This document shows, piece by piece, positions 17,793 through 27,346 of a stretch of DNA of 37,335 bases; the first letter of the stretch is position 1; each line of letters opens with the position of its first letter. The notes under the pieces were generated by a model that saw only the letters and a list, made by a program, of their open reading frames with translations, did no database searches and was not told the origin of the DNA. Origin of the DNA: a virus (taxonomy: Duplodnaviria; Caudoviricetes); the IMG/VR virus record IMGVR_UViG_3300040816_000093, positions 1-37,335 of that record; one strand, 5' to 3'. The position numbers and the translations under genes are program-made.

Positions 17793-18038
17793 TCATTTCC
17801 CTGCCGTTCTGTTTTCTAGAAACCGATCAAGCTTTGCATCTAGTGCATCAAGACGGTCCATAACTCGGTTGATGTCAGCGTGGACTTCTGCTTTGGTCAC
17901 ATACTCTTTCGCCATCTCTTCTCTTGTTCTATTAAGCAAGATGTTTTGGCGATGCAACTCTCGCCAAGTAGTGTTAGCAAACCAAGTGACTGCCGCTAAT
18001 ACAACAGAAAGAGCGGCGTTCCAAAGCATCATTTCCAT
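17793..18038 (-). CDS. Single-TM coiled-coil protein
   Basis: N-terminal TM, then EYVTK.E...DRLD.KLD. Confidence 0.7.
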   Translation of the reverse strand: MEMMLWNAALSVVLAAVTWFANTTWRELHRQNILLNRTREEMAKEYVTKAEVHADINRVMDRLDALDAKLDRFLENRTAGK

Positions 18039-18040
18039 TA

Positions 18041-18325
18041 CTAGGTTTCCTGCGCATCCGTATGTGTTTCATAGGCTGTCTTTACTGCGCTAGTCCACAC
18101 AGCGTTACAAATCGCCTGCACTTCTGTGGATTCACCTGAGATGTCTGTGTCGCCCCATGTTGCAGGGTCGCCAGACTTTACTCGTGGGACAAGAACGTGC
18201 CGGTGGAGAGAAGAAGAGATCACAGTGCCGTCTTCGCTAATCGTTGTACGAGTGCGAACTTGTACAAACTTATGTTCTCCAACGACTTCAATTTGATCAG
18301 TTGTAATTTCTTTAGTTAATGCCAC
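18041..18325 (-). CDS. Tail-fibre-associated small protein
   Basis: VQVRT.T.I..DG..IS...HRHVL...VQAICNAVWT; follows the fibre gene. Confidence 0.65.
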   Translation of the reverse strand: MALTKEITTDQIEVVGEHKFVQVRTRTTISEDGTVISSSLHRHVLVPRVKSGDPATWGDTDISGESTEVQAICNAVWTSAVKTAYETHTDAQET

Positions 18326-18330
18326 TTTGC

Positions 18331-19995
18331 TTAAACCTCATAAGTTATTGTGAATCTAAAAATATTGTTTGTACTAGCTCCTGTCATCAAATCAGAAGCT
18401 TGAAGTAGTGAAGGGTTTGAGGTAACGCTAGATGAGTACCAGAATTCAAGGTGATTTCCATTATCAGTACTGACTTGAGTAGGCCTCTCTCCTGCAAATA
18501 ACGCCCCATAACAAGCTCCCCTTGCATGATCGTTGGCAGGAACAAATGGTATACCAGTGAGCCTAAGACCACCGATTGCTGTCCCTATTGAAACATCGGA
18601 GGTGTTAAAGGCTCCTTGAAGAGTCACCTGTTTTCCAATTTTAACGTAGCTACAAGTCGCCCCTGTGACATTCATTGTCGAAAACGTGCCGGAGGCTGTT
18701 GAGAGGTTTGGAGTCCACGTTCCCTCTTCATAATCGTCGAGTAGCTCGTTGCTCATTCCGGTTGCGTCGGGTGTGGCTGAGAAAAGAATGCCGTCGCCCG
18801 ACTGATTAATCCTTATGTTTTTATTGGCCTCTATAAGCCCAGATTGTCCGTTAATTGAAAGATAAGTAGTCAGAGAGGGTTCTTTTACCTTAAATCTCAA
18901 GGTGGCCGTGTCACTAAAACCCGTTATCCCCTGAATTAAGGCATAATTCACATCTACACCGGCTAAGTCTTTCGCATCCCATCGTATTTCGTGATATGAC
19001 TTAGAATTTACAAAAGTATTTGCAGTAGTGTTTCGCAGATAAAGAATTGCATGATCGTCTGTTGGTTCGATTTCTAAGGTAGTAAAGTTAGTCGCCTGAG
19101 TTGGCGCATCCGCAAACGAAATAGCTCCTGCACCATTTGTTTTGAGAAACTGACCGGCAGTTCCGTCTGTAAGGTTAAGCTCATTAACGCCAACAGTATT
19201 CGACGCAAGAGATACAGGGATTGATGTTGTACCTGACCCTGTTGCGTCGCCGGAAAGAGTGATCGTTTGGTTGCCGGTGATATACGAACCTAAGTCACTA
19301 ATCTGTGATTCAGTAATACTAAGATCCGCTTGGTGAGCAGTTACGTCAGCAGAAGTTACTGTATAGTCTGTGATATACGCCCCTAAGTCACTGACCTGTG
19401 ATTCAGTAATGCTCAAAGCGGCTTGATGCGTTGTGACATCTGACTCTGTTACCGTGTAACCCGTAATATATCCAGAGTCGTTAGTAAGCTCAGATATATT
19501 ATCCTCAGGCTGTAATGCGCTATCCGCTGTCGTGCCTTGAGCCGCTGTCGCGTAAGCAGTTGAGGAAGTTGTTGCGGCTGTTCCTAGCCCGAGAGTCGTC
19601 CGGGCGGCAGACGCATCGGCGTCATCAATCAAGCTTCGGCCAAACGCCGTAAGGGATGTGGTTGCGTATGTATCTGCCGCAGTAGTGTAGATCATCTTGT
19701 CTGCGGCTGTTGTTAAGCCTGCAATCGATGCCAGTCCTGCGTCATTGATTGTTGACGTGTAATCTGTGCCGCTGATTGAGACTGAAGTGAAGTTGCCTGT
19801 TGATGCACTGTTAGCGCCAATCGCCGTGCCGTCAATCGATCCAGAGTTGATATCGATGCCTGTTACAGCGGTATCACCACCAAGCAATTCGTCCAGATCA
19901 TCGATCACTCCATTGAGCTTGGTTCCCCATGTGTCCGTTGAGGCTCCAACTTCCGGCTTTACTAATCCGTAATTGGTCGTCGTTGTATCTGCCAT
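18331..19995 (-). CDS. Tail fibre protein
   Basis: [24 protein letters not shown]-terminus, [25 protein letters not shown]; internal 31-aa duplication. Confidence 0.85.
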   Translation of the reverse strand: MADTTTTNYGLVKPEVGASTDTWGTKLNGVIDDLDELLGGDTAVTGIDINSGSIDGTAIGANSASTGNFTSVSISGTDYTSTINDAGLASIAGLTTAADKMIYTTAADTYATTSLTAFGRSLIDDADASAARTTLGLGTAATTSSTAYATAAQGTTADSALQPEDNISELTNDSGYITGYTVTESDVTTHQAALSITESQVSDLGAYITDYTVTSADVTAHQADLSITESQISDLGSYITGNQTITLSGDATGSGTTSIPVSLASNTVGVNELNLTDGTAGQFLKTNGAGAISFADAPTQATNFTTLEIEPTDDHAILYLRNTTANTFVNSKSYHEIRWDAKDLAGVDVNYALIQGITGFSDTATLRFKVKEPSLTTYLSINGQSGLIEANKNIRINQSGDGILFSATPDATGMSNELLDDYEEGTWTPNLSTASGTFSTMNVTGATCSYVKIGKQVTLQGAFNTSDVSIGTAIGGLRLTGIPFVPANDHARGACYGALFAGERPTQVSTDNGNHLEFWYSSSVTSNPSLLQASDLMTGASTNNIFRFTITYEV

Positions 19996-20835
19996 TTAAG
20001 GTAATCCCGTCCAAGTTTTTGAGGAGTCCGCAACCGCGCTCCAAGCTTCAGGTGTTTTAGCGATATCAGCCCAACTATTGTCTGAATCTGCGATGTCGCT
20101 CCAAGTATCTGGAGATACTGATATTGTACCCCATGTTTCGCCGGAATCTACAATCGACTCCCACTTCTCTCGGCCAGATGCTAAGAAGTTAACAATAGCC
20201 TCGACCGATGCGCTTGATATCTTAACGTAGCCTCCTGCGGCTTGCGTTGAGGAAGTCGTCGGAATTGACAAAGCAACTTGAGCTACATAGCTCCCGCTCG
20301 CGGCCACAGAAAGATTTGCCGATGACGATGAATCAAAAAGACGTATGCGCTCTTGGCTAGATATTGCTGATGAGGAGGTAGTTATCCCGGCGCTTCTTAG
20401 AACGACGCGAAGCGCGGAGGGCGACAAAGTTGCTGTCGCTGAAGTCGCTCCTTCGTCGTTCCTCACGCGAGTCACCGATGCCGCTATGGCTGTAGATGCA
20501 ACCGTTGACTGCGAACTTTCGCGAACACGCTGATGATTGTCCCCATCGACACTTAGGCTAGTCAATATTGAGCCAGAAGAGTTCCGCGCCCTTTCGGGGG
20601 ACAATGTATTAACTGACACTGAATTTACTTCAACCGGCGTCAATCGAACTCTTTCAATATCGATGTAACTTGTTTCGCCCGATGTTGTCTCTATTGATGC
20701 GGAGGCATGAGTAACTCTGCCCCCAATTAAAGAATTTGCAAGGATACAATTTGCTGTTGCTGAGGCGTCCTTTATACCCCCCGTGCTGTGTTCGGAGTAA
20801 GGAGTTTCGCTAAATGCAAACGCCCCAAAAAGCAT
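19996..20835 (-). CDS. Ser/Ala/Thr-rich virion structural protein with Trp decad repeats
   Basis: MLFGAFAFSETPYS N-terminus; W every 10 aa, six times, at the C-terminus. Confidence 0.7.
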   Translation of the reverse strand: MLFGAFAFSETPYSEHSTGGIKDASATANCILANSLIGGRVTHASASIETTSGETSYIDIERVRLTPVEVNSVSVNTLSPERARNSSGSILTSLSVDGDNHQRVRESSQSTVASTAIAASVTRVRNDEGATSATATLSPSALRVVLRSAGITTSSSAISSQERIRLFDSSSSANLSVAASGSYVAQVALSIPTTSSTQAAGGYVKISSASVEAIVNFLASGREKWESIVDSGETWGTISVSPDTWSDIADSDNSWADIAKTPEAWSAVADSSKTWTGLP

Positions 20836-20838
20836 CCC

Positions 20839-21009
20839 TTAATCCTCGACAGGCTCCGCCTCAACAGGTTGTTGTGGTTGTTGCCCCTGTTGTTGCGCTT
20901 GCTGTTGGATGTTCATTATTAACCCCATAGACGCTTTTGCAGGCAATTCGCCCAGTGCGCCAAGAATAAGGTTAAGTTCATCTGTTGTGAGAGTTAATGT
21001 GTGATTCAT
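20839..21009 (-). CDS. 56-aa protein (not in ORF track); possible fibre assembly factor
   Basis: MNHTLTLTTDELNLILGALGELPAKASMGLIMNIQQQAQQQ...; ATGA overlap; fills the gap exactly. Confidence 0.75.
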   Translation of the reverse strand: MNHTLTLTTDELNLILGALGELPAKASMGLIMNIQQQAQQQGQQPQQPVEAEPVED

Positions 21010-21272
21010 AGGTTTTCCGCTTCTCTTGCTTCTACTTCATATGGGTTATTCCAGTACCCATGCCTAGTTGTGTAGTATAGATACTTCACGGCAAATTTTA
21101 AGCGACCCTCTTGTTCAATCTGCTCTAAGTGTTTCTTTTCGTGACGTATTAATTTCTCATCGTCCATGTGCTCAGGATCAAGGTAGATGACATTCCAGAA
21201 CGATGTCCATCCCTGAAATCCACAGAGCTTCATGTACCATTTAATTGGGCCAAACCACGGGCGTATTTTCAT
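21006..21272 (-). CDS. Small zincin-like metallopeptidase (HExxH)
   Basis: LIRHEKKHLEQ ... YWNNPYEVEAR. Confidence 0.7.
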   Translation of the reverse strand: MKIRPWFGPIKWYMKLCGFQGWTSFWNVIYLDPEHMDDEKLIRHEKKHLEQIEQEGRLKFAVKYLYYTTRHGYWNNPYEVEAREAENL

Positions 21273-21283
21273 ACCGGAACCTA

Positions 21284-22450
21284 TTAGGTGAACACAATTG
21301 TAAAAGCGTTGCCAGACTGTGCCGGTGAACTAGCGCCGTTTACTGCTTCATAAGCATAATAACCGGGCGTTGCACCTTGCGTAGCTAAAGTCCAGAATCC
21401 TCCGTATCCACTGTTAGTTCCGCCTACAGAAGAAGCTAGTGTAAAGGGAAGATTCGCACGGTTAGCAGTATAAGTTCTGAATCCATTATCTGAACTGATT
21501 GTAACCGATGTCCAACCAGAGTTTGAAGTCCCATCGGTGTATAAGTATACCCCTTGGAATCCGGGATTAGAGTACGCAATTACACCGACTATATTTTGGC
21601 TAGTTCCGGGGATTGCAGTTGGGCTTAATGTGCCTCCTGTTCTTGTGGTGCTATTATAAGTAAACCCATTTCCGTACCCAACGATAGGGTAAAAAGTTTG
21701 AAATATAGTACTTGTTCCCAACAGATCGGTTGAACCCGCTAGTCCATAAAAGTCTGAAAGACTTATTGTGCCGCTCGCAGGTGCGCCTCCACTGGCAGGT
21801 GCGCTAATCACCTCAAGGTATGCGGTCAGAGTTCCCATAGTATTGCCGTAACGAGCCTCTGAAAACTTAAATGTATTGTTACTAGAAGTAATAGTTGTGC
21901 TAGTCAACCGCTTTAACCAATATTTGTTGCTTGAAGAAAAATTGCTAGATGTTTCTGTGTAAACATACCAAGATCCACCGGCGGCAGATGTCAAGCCCGT
22001 ACTGCTCGATGGAGTACCCCCAGAATCTCTATTCCATCTTCCGTTTGTAGTCCCAGTACCTAACGACGTAAAAGAAGCTGAAGTATAATCCGCCGTGTTT
22101 CCAGCAGTAGTTGTCTGCCAAGCTCCAACAGAGGATGCAGACTCAAAAGACTCTAAATTTGTTCCAAAACCTATTAGATCTAACTGCAAGTCGGACCGAA
22201 AGTTCGACATGTTGGTGTGTAAAAAAACAGGACGAACGCCACATCCCTCATAGGCGGAAATATCTATAGAGCGAGAAGTCCATACCGCATTGTTTCCAGA
22301 AACTGTAAACAGTGCAGGGGACAGTCCTAAAGGTTGTGTTGCACCGCCCCCACCTACACCATAGTATTCACTGATAGAGATTGGGTTTGAGCCACCAAAC
22401 TCTGTTTGAACGTCACTGAGTGATATCGCACCAGATGTTTGCAACGCCAT
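21284..22450 (-). CDS. Tail-tip adhesin / receptor-binding protein with an inserted MAM-like domain
   Basis: N-terminal [31 protein letters not shown]...ASGTISLSDFYG module; follows the long fibre. Confidence 0.7.
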   Translation of the reverse strand: MALQTSGAISLSDVQTEFGGSNPISISEYYGVGGGGATQPLGLSPALFTVSGNNAVWTSRSIDISAYEGCGVRPVFLHTNMSNFRSDLQLDLIGFGTNLESFESASSVGAWQTTTAGNTADYTSASFTSLGTGTTNGRWNRDSGGTPSSSTGLTSAAGGSWYVYTETSSNFSSSNKYWLKRLTSTTITSSNNTFKFSEARYGNTMGTLTAYLEVISAPASGGAPASGTISLSDFYGLAGSTDLLGTSTIFQTFYPIVGYGNGFTYNSTTRTGGTLSPTAIPGTSQNIVGVIAYSNPGFQGVYLYTDGTSNSGWTSVTISSDNGFRTYTANRANLPFTLASSVGGTNSGYGGFWTLATQGATPGYYAYEAVNGASSPAQSGNAFTIVFT

Positions 22451-25400
22451 TAATCAAGCCCCTTCAGTGCAGTGATTTCGTTCTTGAGTGCGTCTATTTG
22501 TTCCTGTTGTTCTTTAACTGCTTCAATCAGCAATCCGACCATGTTTCCGTATGCGACAGACTTTGTGCCAATCTCGTCATCCGCAGTTAATACAACTTGA
22601 GGAATAACCTCTTCAACTTCTTGAGCGATAACACCAAGACCATCTTTCCCGTCTTTAGTATATGTAACGCCACGCATAGACTTAACTTTGTCTAATGCAT
22701 TGTCGATTGTTTCTACATTTTCTTTGAGGCGTATGTCTGAAAACGCCGTTATGTCCCCAGAACTAGTAATAGGTACAGTGGTACTGAAAGAAGTGTTATT
22801 TACGGTTACCCTAGTACTACCCCCTGTTCTAATCCAAAAAGTATCAACACCCGGGAAGCCAATATAAGTGTCGGTATCACCAGCGTGATAAATGTAACTA
22901 TTGATGGTTGCAGAAGCGGTTACTACTGTTGAACTCGCATTTAAAGTTCCGGTAACATTAACTCCACCGGCGTCAGTCTGAAGCTTAATGGAGTTGTCGT
23001 ACATCAACTGAACGCTAGCGTCATCATTACAAATGATAGAATTTTCACCAGATTTTGCTTGTATATAAATATTGTTGCCTAGATCTGATGTGCAGTTTGC
23101 CCGGATAAAAAGATGTCCGTCGTGCGAGTCGATGTAATTTGTAGTTGTGGCATTTGTATCAGCCCAAATGCGTAAGTCACCGCTAGATGAACTGCTGTCA
23201 CCTAGCCTCAACTGCTGACCATTATTTAATAAAAGATGTGTACTGTTGACAACATTGCCACCCCGAATGAATGCGGAGGCTTGTAGGCCATCTACAGTAT
23301 CAGCATCTAGGCCAGAGCCTGAACCATCGTTATAAGCGTCCCACACTTTGTACAACGTACCGGCGTGGTCAACTTCAAGATTGCCGCCATTTGTTTTCCT
23401 TAAATCCCAACTTGCCCATTTAGCGTCTAAGAAACCATAGTATAATCCTGAGCTAGATGCGTACAGTTGCAATAAATGGAGATCATTACTATTACCTAAC
23501 CAAATACCGCCATCTGCATTAGTTGAGCCAGTATTTAAATTTATATTTCTGTTTGAGTCTGTAATGTCTCTAAACAAGAAATTACTGGCGTTATAGCCAT
23601 CAACAGTATCAGCATTATCTGCGTTAGAAGCAGTACCAATAAACTTTCCATTATTGTCAATATAAGATTTATCTGAATTGTTTCTTCTAAACTGAACAAT
23701 TCGGTTAGAACTGCTGTCAGCAACTATATACCAACGATTAGAATGGTATTGTATTTTACCTTGAGTTCCGGGGTCACCTGTCCAAGTAGAAGATGCATTA
23801 GAGCGAATATCAGAGTTTGTAATAGTGACAGCACCTGCGCCTCCAGTGAAGCTAATGTCTCCAGAGCAAGTGTCGGAAGCATCGCTTCTCAGGAATGAGG
23901 AAGCATGAATGCCATCAACAGTATCAGCATTTGCGGCACTACCAGTAATACTGATTCCCCAAGTACCAGAAGCACCGCCACCTGTTTTAGTTGGATATGT
24001 CCCATCAGTTACAGCCGACCTAAACTGTGCAGGAGTGGTTGGTCTAATGTAATTGTTTGAAGCAGTGTCTATCTGCGTCATTATGAAGTTAACTGTTGAG
24101 TTCGTAGTGTCATATTCGCTTCGGAATAAGCGAGCATTTATGTCGCCTGACGAATCACGAGCAACAACTTTGCTTGCAGTTGACGCTGTAGTGGCATCTA
24201 CATTCAGTGTTACTCCACCTGAAGTACCACCACCTGTTAAGTATGATCCCGCAGTTACACCTGTAATATCACCTGTGTTTGTGGTATAGCCATTAGGGTT
24301 TGATGCAGGGTAATAATATGACCCTTGTTGACCATCAAGAGTATCAGCATCTAGGCCATTGCCAGAACCTTCATCGGCTGTAGTGAGGATGCGGTTGCCA
24401 TTGATCTTGAGGTTGCTTCCAGACGTAAATGCAAAGTTGAAATCGTCCTGCCCCGTTTGATGATCCAAACTCATCCGCAAACTTCCGCTTCTTTGGAAGT
24501 CGATCAGCCTGCGAGAGCCATCAGAGTCGATTGTAATCTGTTGACCATTGGGGTTGAAATTCAAGGTATTGTTGAACGTAGTAGATCCGCTAAACGTCAG
24601 AGCGCCGGTCGCTGTATCAGTTGCATCGCTTCTCAAAAACGAACTTGCGTGGAGGCTATCTACTGTGTCTGCGTTAGCCGTCGATGACAGACTAAACGTA
24701 GTGCCGCTCAATGAAAGACCTGTTCCCGCTGTGTACTGCGTGTTGGTGCTCGATATCGTGAAGCTAGGGTATGTGCCAGATATTGATGTAGCACCTGAGC
24801 CAGTCAAGGAAACGGTCTGGTCTGGCGCAGTGTTTGCAAAGGTTGTCCCAGTAAGGCTTAGACCAGTCCCCGCTGTATAAGTCGTGTTGTTGTCAGCCGC
24901 CCATGAAAACGAACCATCGCCATCAGACTTCAATACCTGACCCGCTGTGCCATTGCCGGATACGTTTAGCTGAGTCGCGCCAATTGCATTGTCTGTGACG
25001 CTGACCACATTGCTAGCGACCGTGATCGCAGTCCCGCCAGTGATGACAGCAGACTTACCAATCTGTGTGAAGTCAATGTCAGTCGTTCCAAACGTGATCG
25101 TGCCTGTCGTGTTACAAGTATAGACCTCGCCTGCGCCATCATCGCCGTCTGTGACAAACACTGACGTACCTTCACTGAGGCTCTGATTACCTAACCCATA
25201 GCTGTCTGCGTCTGTGGCTCGCGTGAGAACCCAATTGGTTGTTGAGGCAACCCCAAGAGTGCTGACGTAGTAAATGCCGTTCTCAGTTGCGTCAGTCTGG
25301 CTATAGATCAGCACACGGTCATTCAATGCCAGGGTCACGCCATCAATGACAAGAACTTCCTGCGCTCCTGTCAGTGTCGCCCCTACACCGTCTGTACCGT

Positions 25401-25965
25401 TATCGTATGTCGCTGAAAGATTGCCGTCTGAGTCAGGGCGCTCTACGCGCACTGGCTCGTGGTAGTGGATACCTGCCGCGATTAAGCTGTCGACATATGC
25501 CTTGGTTGTTGCGTGGTTGTCCGCTGTCGGCGCACCACTCAGCGTCAACGCGCCAGTCATCGTGTCGCCTGCTGTCAACACATAGTCATCAGGGATGCTT
25601 GTTAAGTATCCAGAGTCGTTTGTTAGCTCCGAGACAGCAGTTGGGATGTCGTCAGAGAACGCCGCTTTCTCAGCAGGGTATGTTGAGAAGACAAATTTTG
25701 TCCCTGTCTGGAGGTCAACAGCACTTCCGCTGTTAGATGACTCTAAGATCGTGTCACGGCTGAGAGTAGTGCCTGAAGCCGTGTATGTGCCTAGACCTAC
25801 CTCCCACTCGCTGTTTGTTGTATCAACGATTGAGTAATAGGTTGTGTTCCCATCACCAATCACTGAAAACGACTGGAATCCTTCTGACGCGCCGCCTAAT
25901 GTAACTGTGCCAGTGCCAGTTGTCGTCGTCGTTTCTTTAACGCGATCCTTGACTATCAGAGCCAT
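22450..25965 (-). CDS. Long tail fibre with C-terminal intramolecular chaperone (peptidase S74)
   Basis: [14 protein letters not shown]-terminus, Q....ENGIY, ADTVDG repeats, SDIRLKEN...GVIAQE...LLIEAVKE coiled coil. Confidence 0.92.
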   Translation of the reverse strand: MALIVKDRVKETTTTTGTGTVTLGGASEGFQSFSVIGDGNTTYYSIVDTTNSEWEVGLGTYTASGTTLSRDTILESSNSGSAVDLQTGTKFVFSTYPAEKAAFSDDIPTAVSELTNDSGYLTSIPDDYVLTAGDTMTGALTLSGAPTADNHATTKAYVDSLIAAGIHYHEPVRVERPDSDGNLSATYDNGTDGVGATLTGAQEVLVIDGVTLALNDRVLIYSQTDATENGIYYVSTLGVASTTNWVLTRATDADSYGLGNQSLSEGTSVFVTDGDDGAGEVYTCNTTGTITFGTTDIDFTQIGKSAVITGGTAITVASNVVSVTDNAIGATQLNVSGNGTAGQVLKSDGDGSFSWAADNNTTYTAGTGLSLTGTTFANTAPDQTVSLTGSGATSISGTYPSFTISSTNTQYTAGTGLSLSGTTFSLSSTANADTVDSLHASSFLRSDATDTATGALTFSGSTTFNNTLNFNPNGQQITIDSDGSRRLIDFQRSGSLRMSLDHQTGQDDFNFAFTSGSNLKINGNRILTTADEGSGNGLDADTLDGQQGSYYYPASNPNGYTTNTGDITGVTAGSYLTGGGTSGGVTLNVDATTASTASKVVARDSSGDINARLFRSEYDTTNSTVNFIMTQIDTASNNYIRPTTPAQFRSAVTDGTYPTKTGGGASGTWGISITGSAANADTVDGIHASSFLRSDASDTCSGDISFTGGAGAVTITNSDIRSNASSTWTGDPGTQGKIQYHSNRWYIVADSSSNRIVQFRRNNSDKSYIDNNGKFIGTASNADNADTVDGYNASNFLFRDITDSNRNINLNTGSTNADGGIWLGNSNDLHLLQLYASSSGLYYGFLDAKWASWDLRKTNGGNLEVDHAGTLYKVWDAYNDGSGSGLDADTVDGLQASAFIRGGNVVNSTHLLLNNGQQLRLGDSSSSSGDLRIWADTNATTTNYIDSHDGHLFIRANCTSDLGNNIYIQAKSGENSIICNDDASVQLMYDNSIKLQTDAGGVNVTGTLNASSTVVTASATINSYIYHAGDTDTYIGFPGVDTFWIRTGGSTRVTVNNTSFSTTVPITSSGDITAFSDIRLKENVETIDNALDKVKSMRGVTYTKDGKDGLGVIAQEVEEVIPQVVLTADDEIGTKSVAYGNMVGLLIEAVKEQQEQIDALKNEITALKGLD

Positions 25966-25977
25966 GCTGTACCTCTA

Positions 25978-26358
25978 CTAATCTAAGGTAATATCAAGAT
26001 CACCCGCAGGTACGCGGAACACGTCTCCTACCTCAATCGATTTTGAACTTGTTAGCGCCGCGTGAGCAATTAAGTCTCCGCCGGTTGAAGCTGTATATAC
26101 GCCAACGTGAGATACAGTTCCGTAGTTGGCTGTTGCTGTTGGGAACTCGATCGCGGACGTGTTTGACGCAGTGTCGTTTGTAACCGTGAAGGTGACCGAT
26201 TGTCTGGCGTATCCGCCTCCTGTCACTTCTGTCCCAGTGTCATCATCTGCGGGGTTTGTTGTAAACAATGCTAAGTACCACGCAGTAGGGCGTACCAATA
26301 CGTCAGTAGTAAAAACATAGTCGAGAACGTGTGTCTCAAAAGTGTCTGAAAAGCTCAT
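25978..26358 (-). CDS. Virion structural (tail/collar) protein
   Basis: YLALFT..P...GTEV.GGGYARQ, FP.ATA..GTV.H, GDLDITLD. Confidence 0.75.
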   Translation of the reverse strand: MSFSDTFETHVLDYVFTTDVLVRPTAWYLALFTTNPADDDTGTEVTGGGYARQSVTFTVTNDTASNTSAIEFPTATANYGTVSHVGVYTASTGGDLIAHAALTSSKSIEVGDVFRVPAGDLDITLD

Positions 26359-26981
26359 CCGAAACTCCTAACTCTCATTTTCGGTGTAGACCCATTGAAT
26401 GACGCGCTCGTGTCTCTTGCGATCAACTCTTCTTTCGCTTTCTTCGCGAGTTGCGCCCATACTGCTAATCTCTCATCGTCTTTTAAATAAGGCGCTGAGT
26501 GCATAAGCGAAGTATACAGGTAAAGGTCTGGATAATCTGTAAGCAACCAATTCGTATCCGCATCAAGCGTTAGCGCGCTGATCTTAGCAAAATACGTCAT
26601 TTCCAAACTGTACTCAGCATCAGGCGTCGGGACAAACTCAAACTGCGCCCCGACGACGCTAAAGTATTTAGGTTTGCCCGCGCTCGCGATCTCTGTGTTA
26701 CGAATCTGTGCCATTTCCTGTTGAGTCACGAACTCCAACGGTGTCACCGGAGTTCCCGTAACAATCACCAAGTCCTTAGCCTCAACAAAGTCAGACGGCA
26801 CTGCGCTGAAGCGAGTGTCTATCGCGGCTTCTGCACGGGCAACCATTTGACGCACACGCAAAGTTCGATTGATCTCTGCTTCTGCGAAGTCGATGAATGT
26901 AGGAATCACCGATGTTAAATCTGAACGGTTCAGGAAGTCGCCGATCGCGCTCTTCAGTTCACCGTAGTTCGTAATCGCCAT
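26355..26981 (-). CDS. Head-tail adaptor/connector protein
   Basis: ELKSAIGDFLNRSDL..IP.FI..AEA, P.PD..Y, NWLL..YPD.YLY; position after the capsid genes. Confidence 0.8.
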   Translation of the reverse strand: MAITNYGELKSAIGDFLNRSDLTSVIPTFIDFAEAEINRTLRVRQMVARAEAAIDTRFSAVPSDFVEAKDLVIVTGTPVTPLEFVTQQEMAQIRNTEIASAGKPKYFSVVGAQFEFVPTPDAEYSLEMTYFAKISALTLDADTNWLLTDYPDLYLYTSLMHSAPYLKDDERLAVWAQLAKKAKEELIARDTSASFNGSTPKMRVRSFG

Positions 26982-27292
26982 TAGACTTTACCTTTGCGAG
27001 TCCTGAACAATTCGTTGTCTGGATCATTAAGCCACCTCTTCATTGCGGCTTGGTCATCCAGAATACCTTTCTGCTTCAGGTCATAGTATACAGTCAAAGG
27101 AATAGAAGCGACACGGCTCATCTCTCCCCACTTATCACCCTTCTCGAAAGAACTCCGGGTTTGTTGGTTTGCTTTCAAGATTTCGCTGACATCCTGATCG
27201 CTTTCAATCGTTACAGTGCCATCCTGATTATCGTGCCAATATTTAGTGATCCCAGTCATCGGATCATGGCTGAATACTTTTTTGTTTCCCAT
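26981..27292 (-). CDS. Conserved phage protein downstream of the capsid gene
   Basis: QDVS.IL..N, VASIP, WLNDPDN..FRT. Confidence 0.75.
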   Translation of the reverse strand: MGNKKVFSHDPMTGITKYWHDNQDGTVTIESDQDVSEILKANQQTRSSFEKGDKWGEMSRVASIPLTVYYDLKQKGILDDQAAMKRWLNDPDNELFRTRKGKV

Positions 27293-27307
27293 GCAACACC
27301 TTTAGAT

Positions 27308-27332
27308 AAAAAGAAGGGGCCGAAGCCCCTTC
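27308..27332 (-). terminator. Rho-independent terminator after the major capsid gene
   Basis: GAAGGGGC-TTCG-GCCCCTTC followed by T5. Confidence 0.88.
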
Positions 27333-27346
27333 CGTAGTTACGTTAC

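Noticed and set aside
18331-25965. Diversity-generating retroelement or invertase-driven fibre switching
   Set aside because: No reverse transcriptase or invertase gene, and no template/variable repeat pair seen
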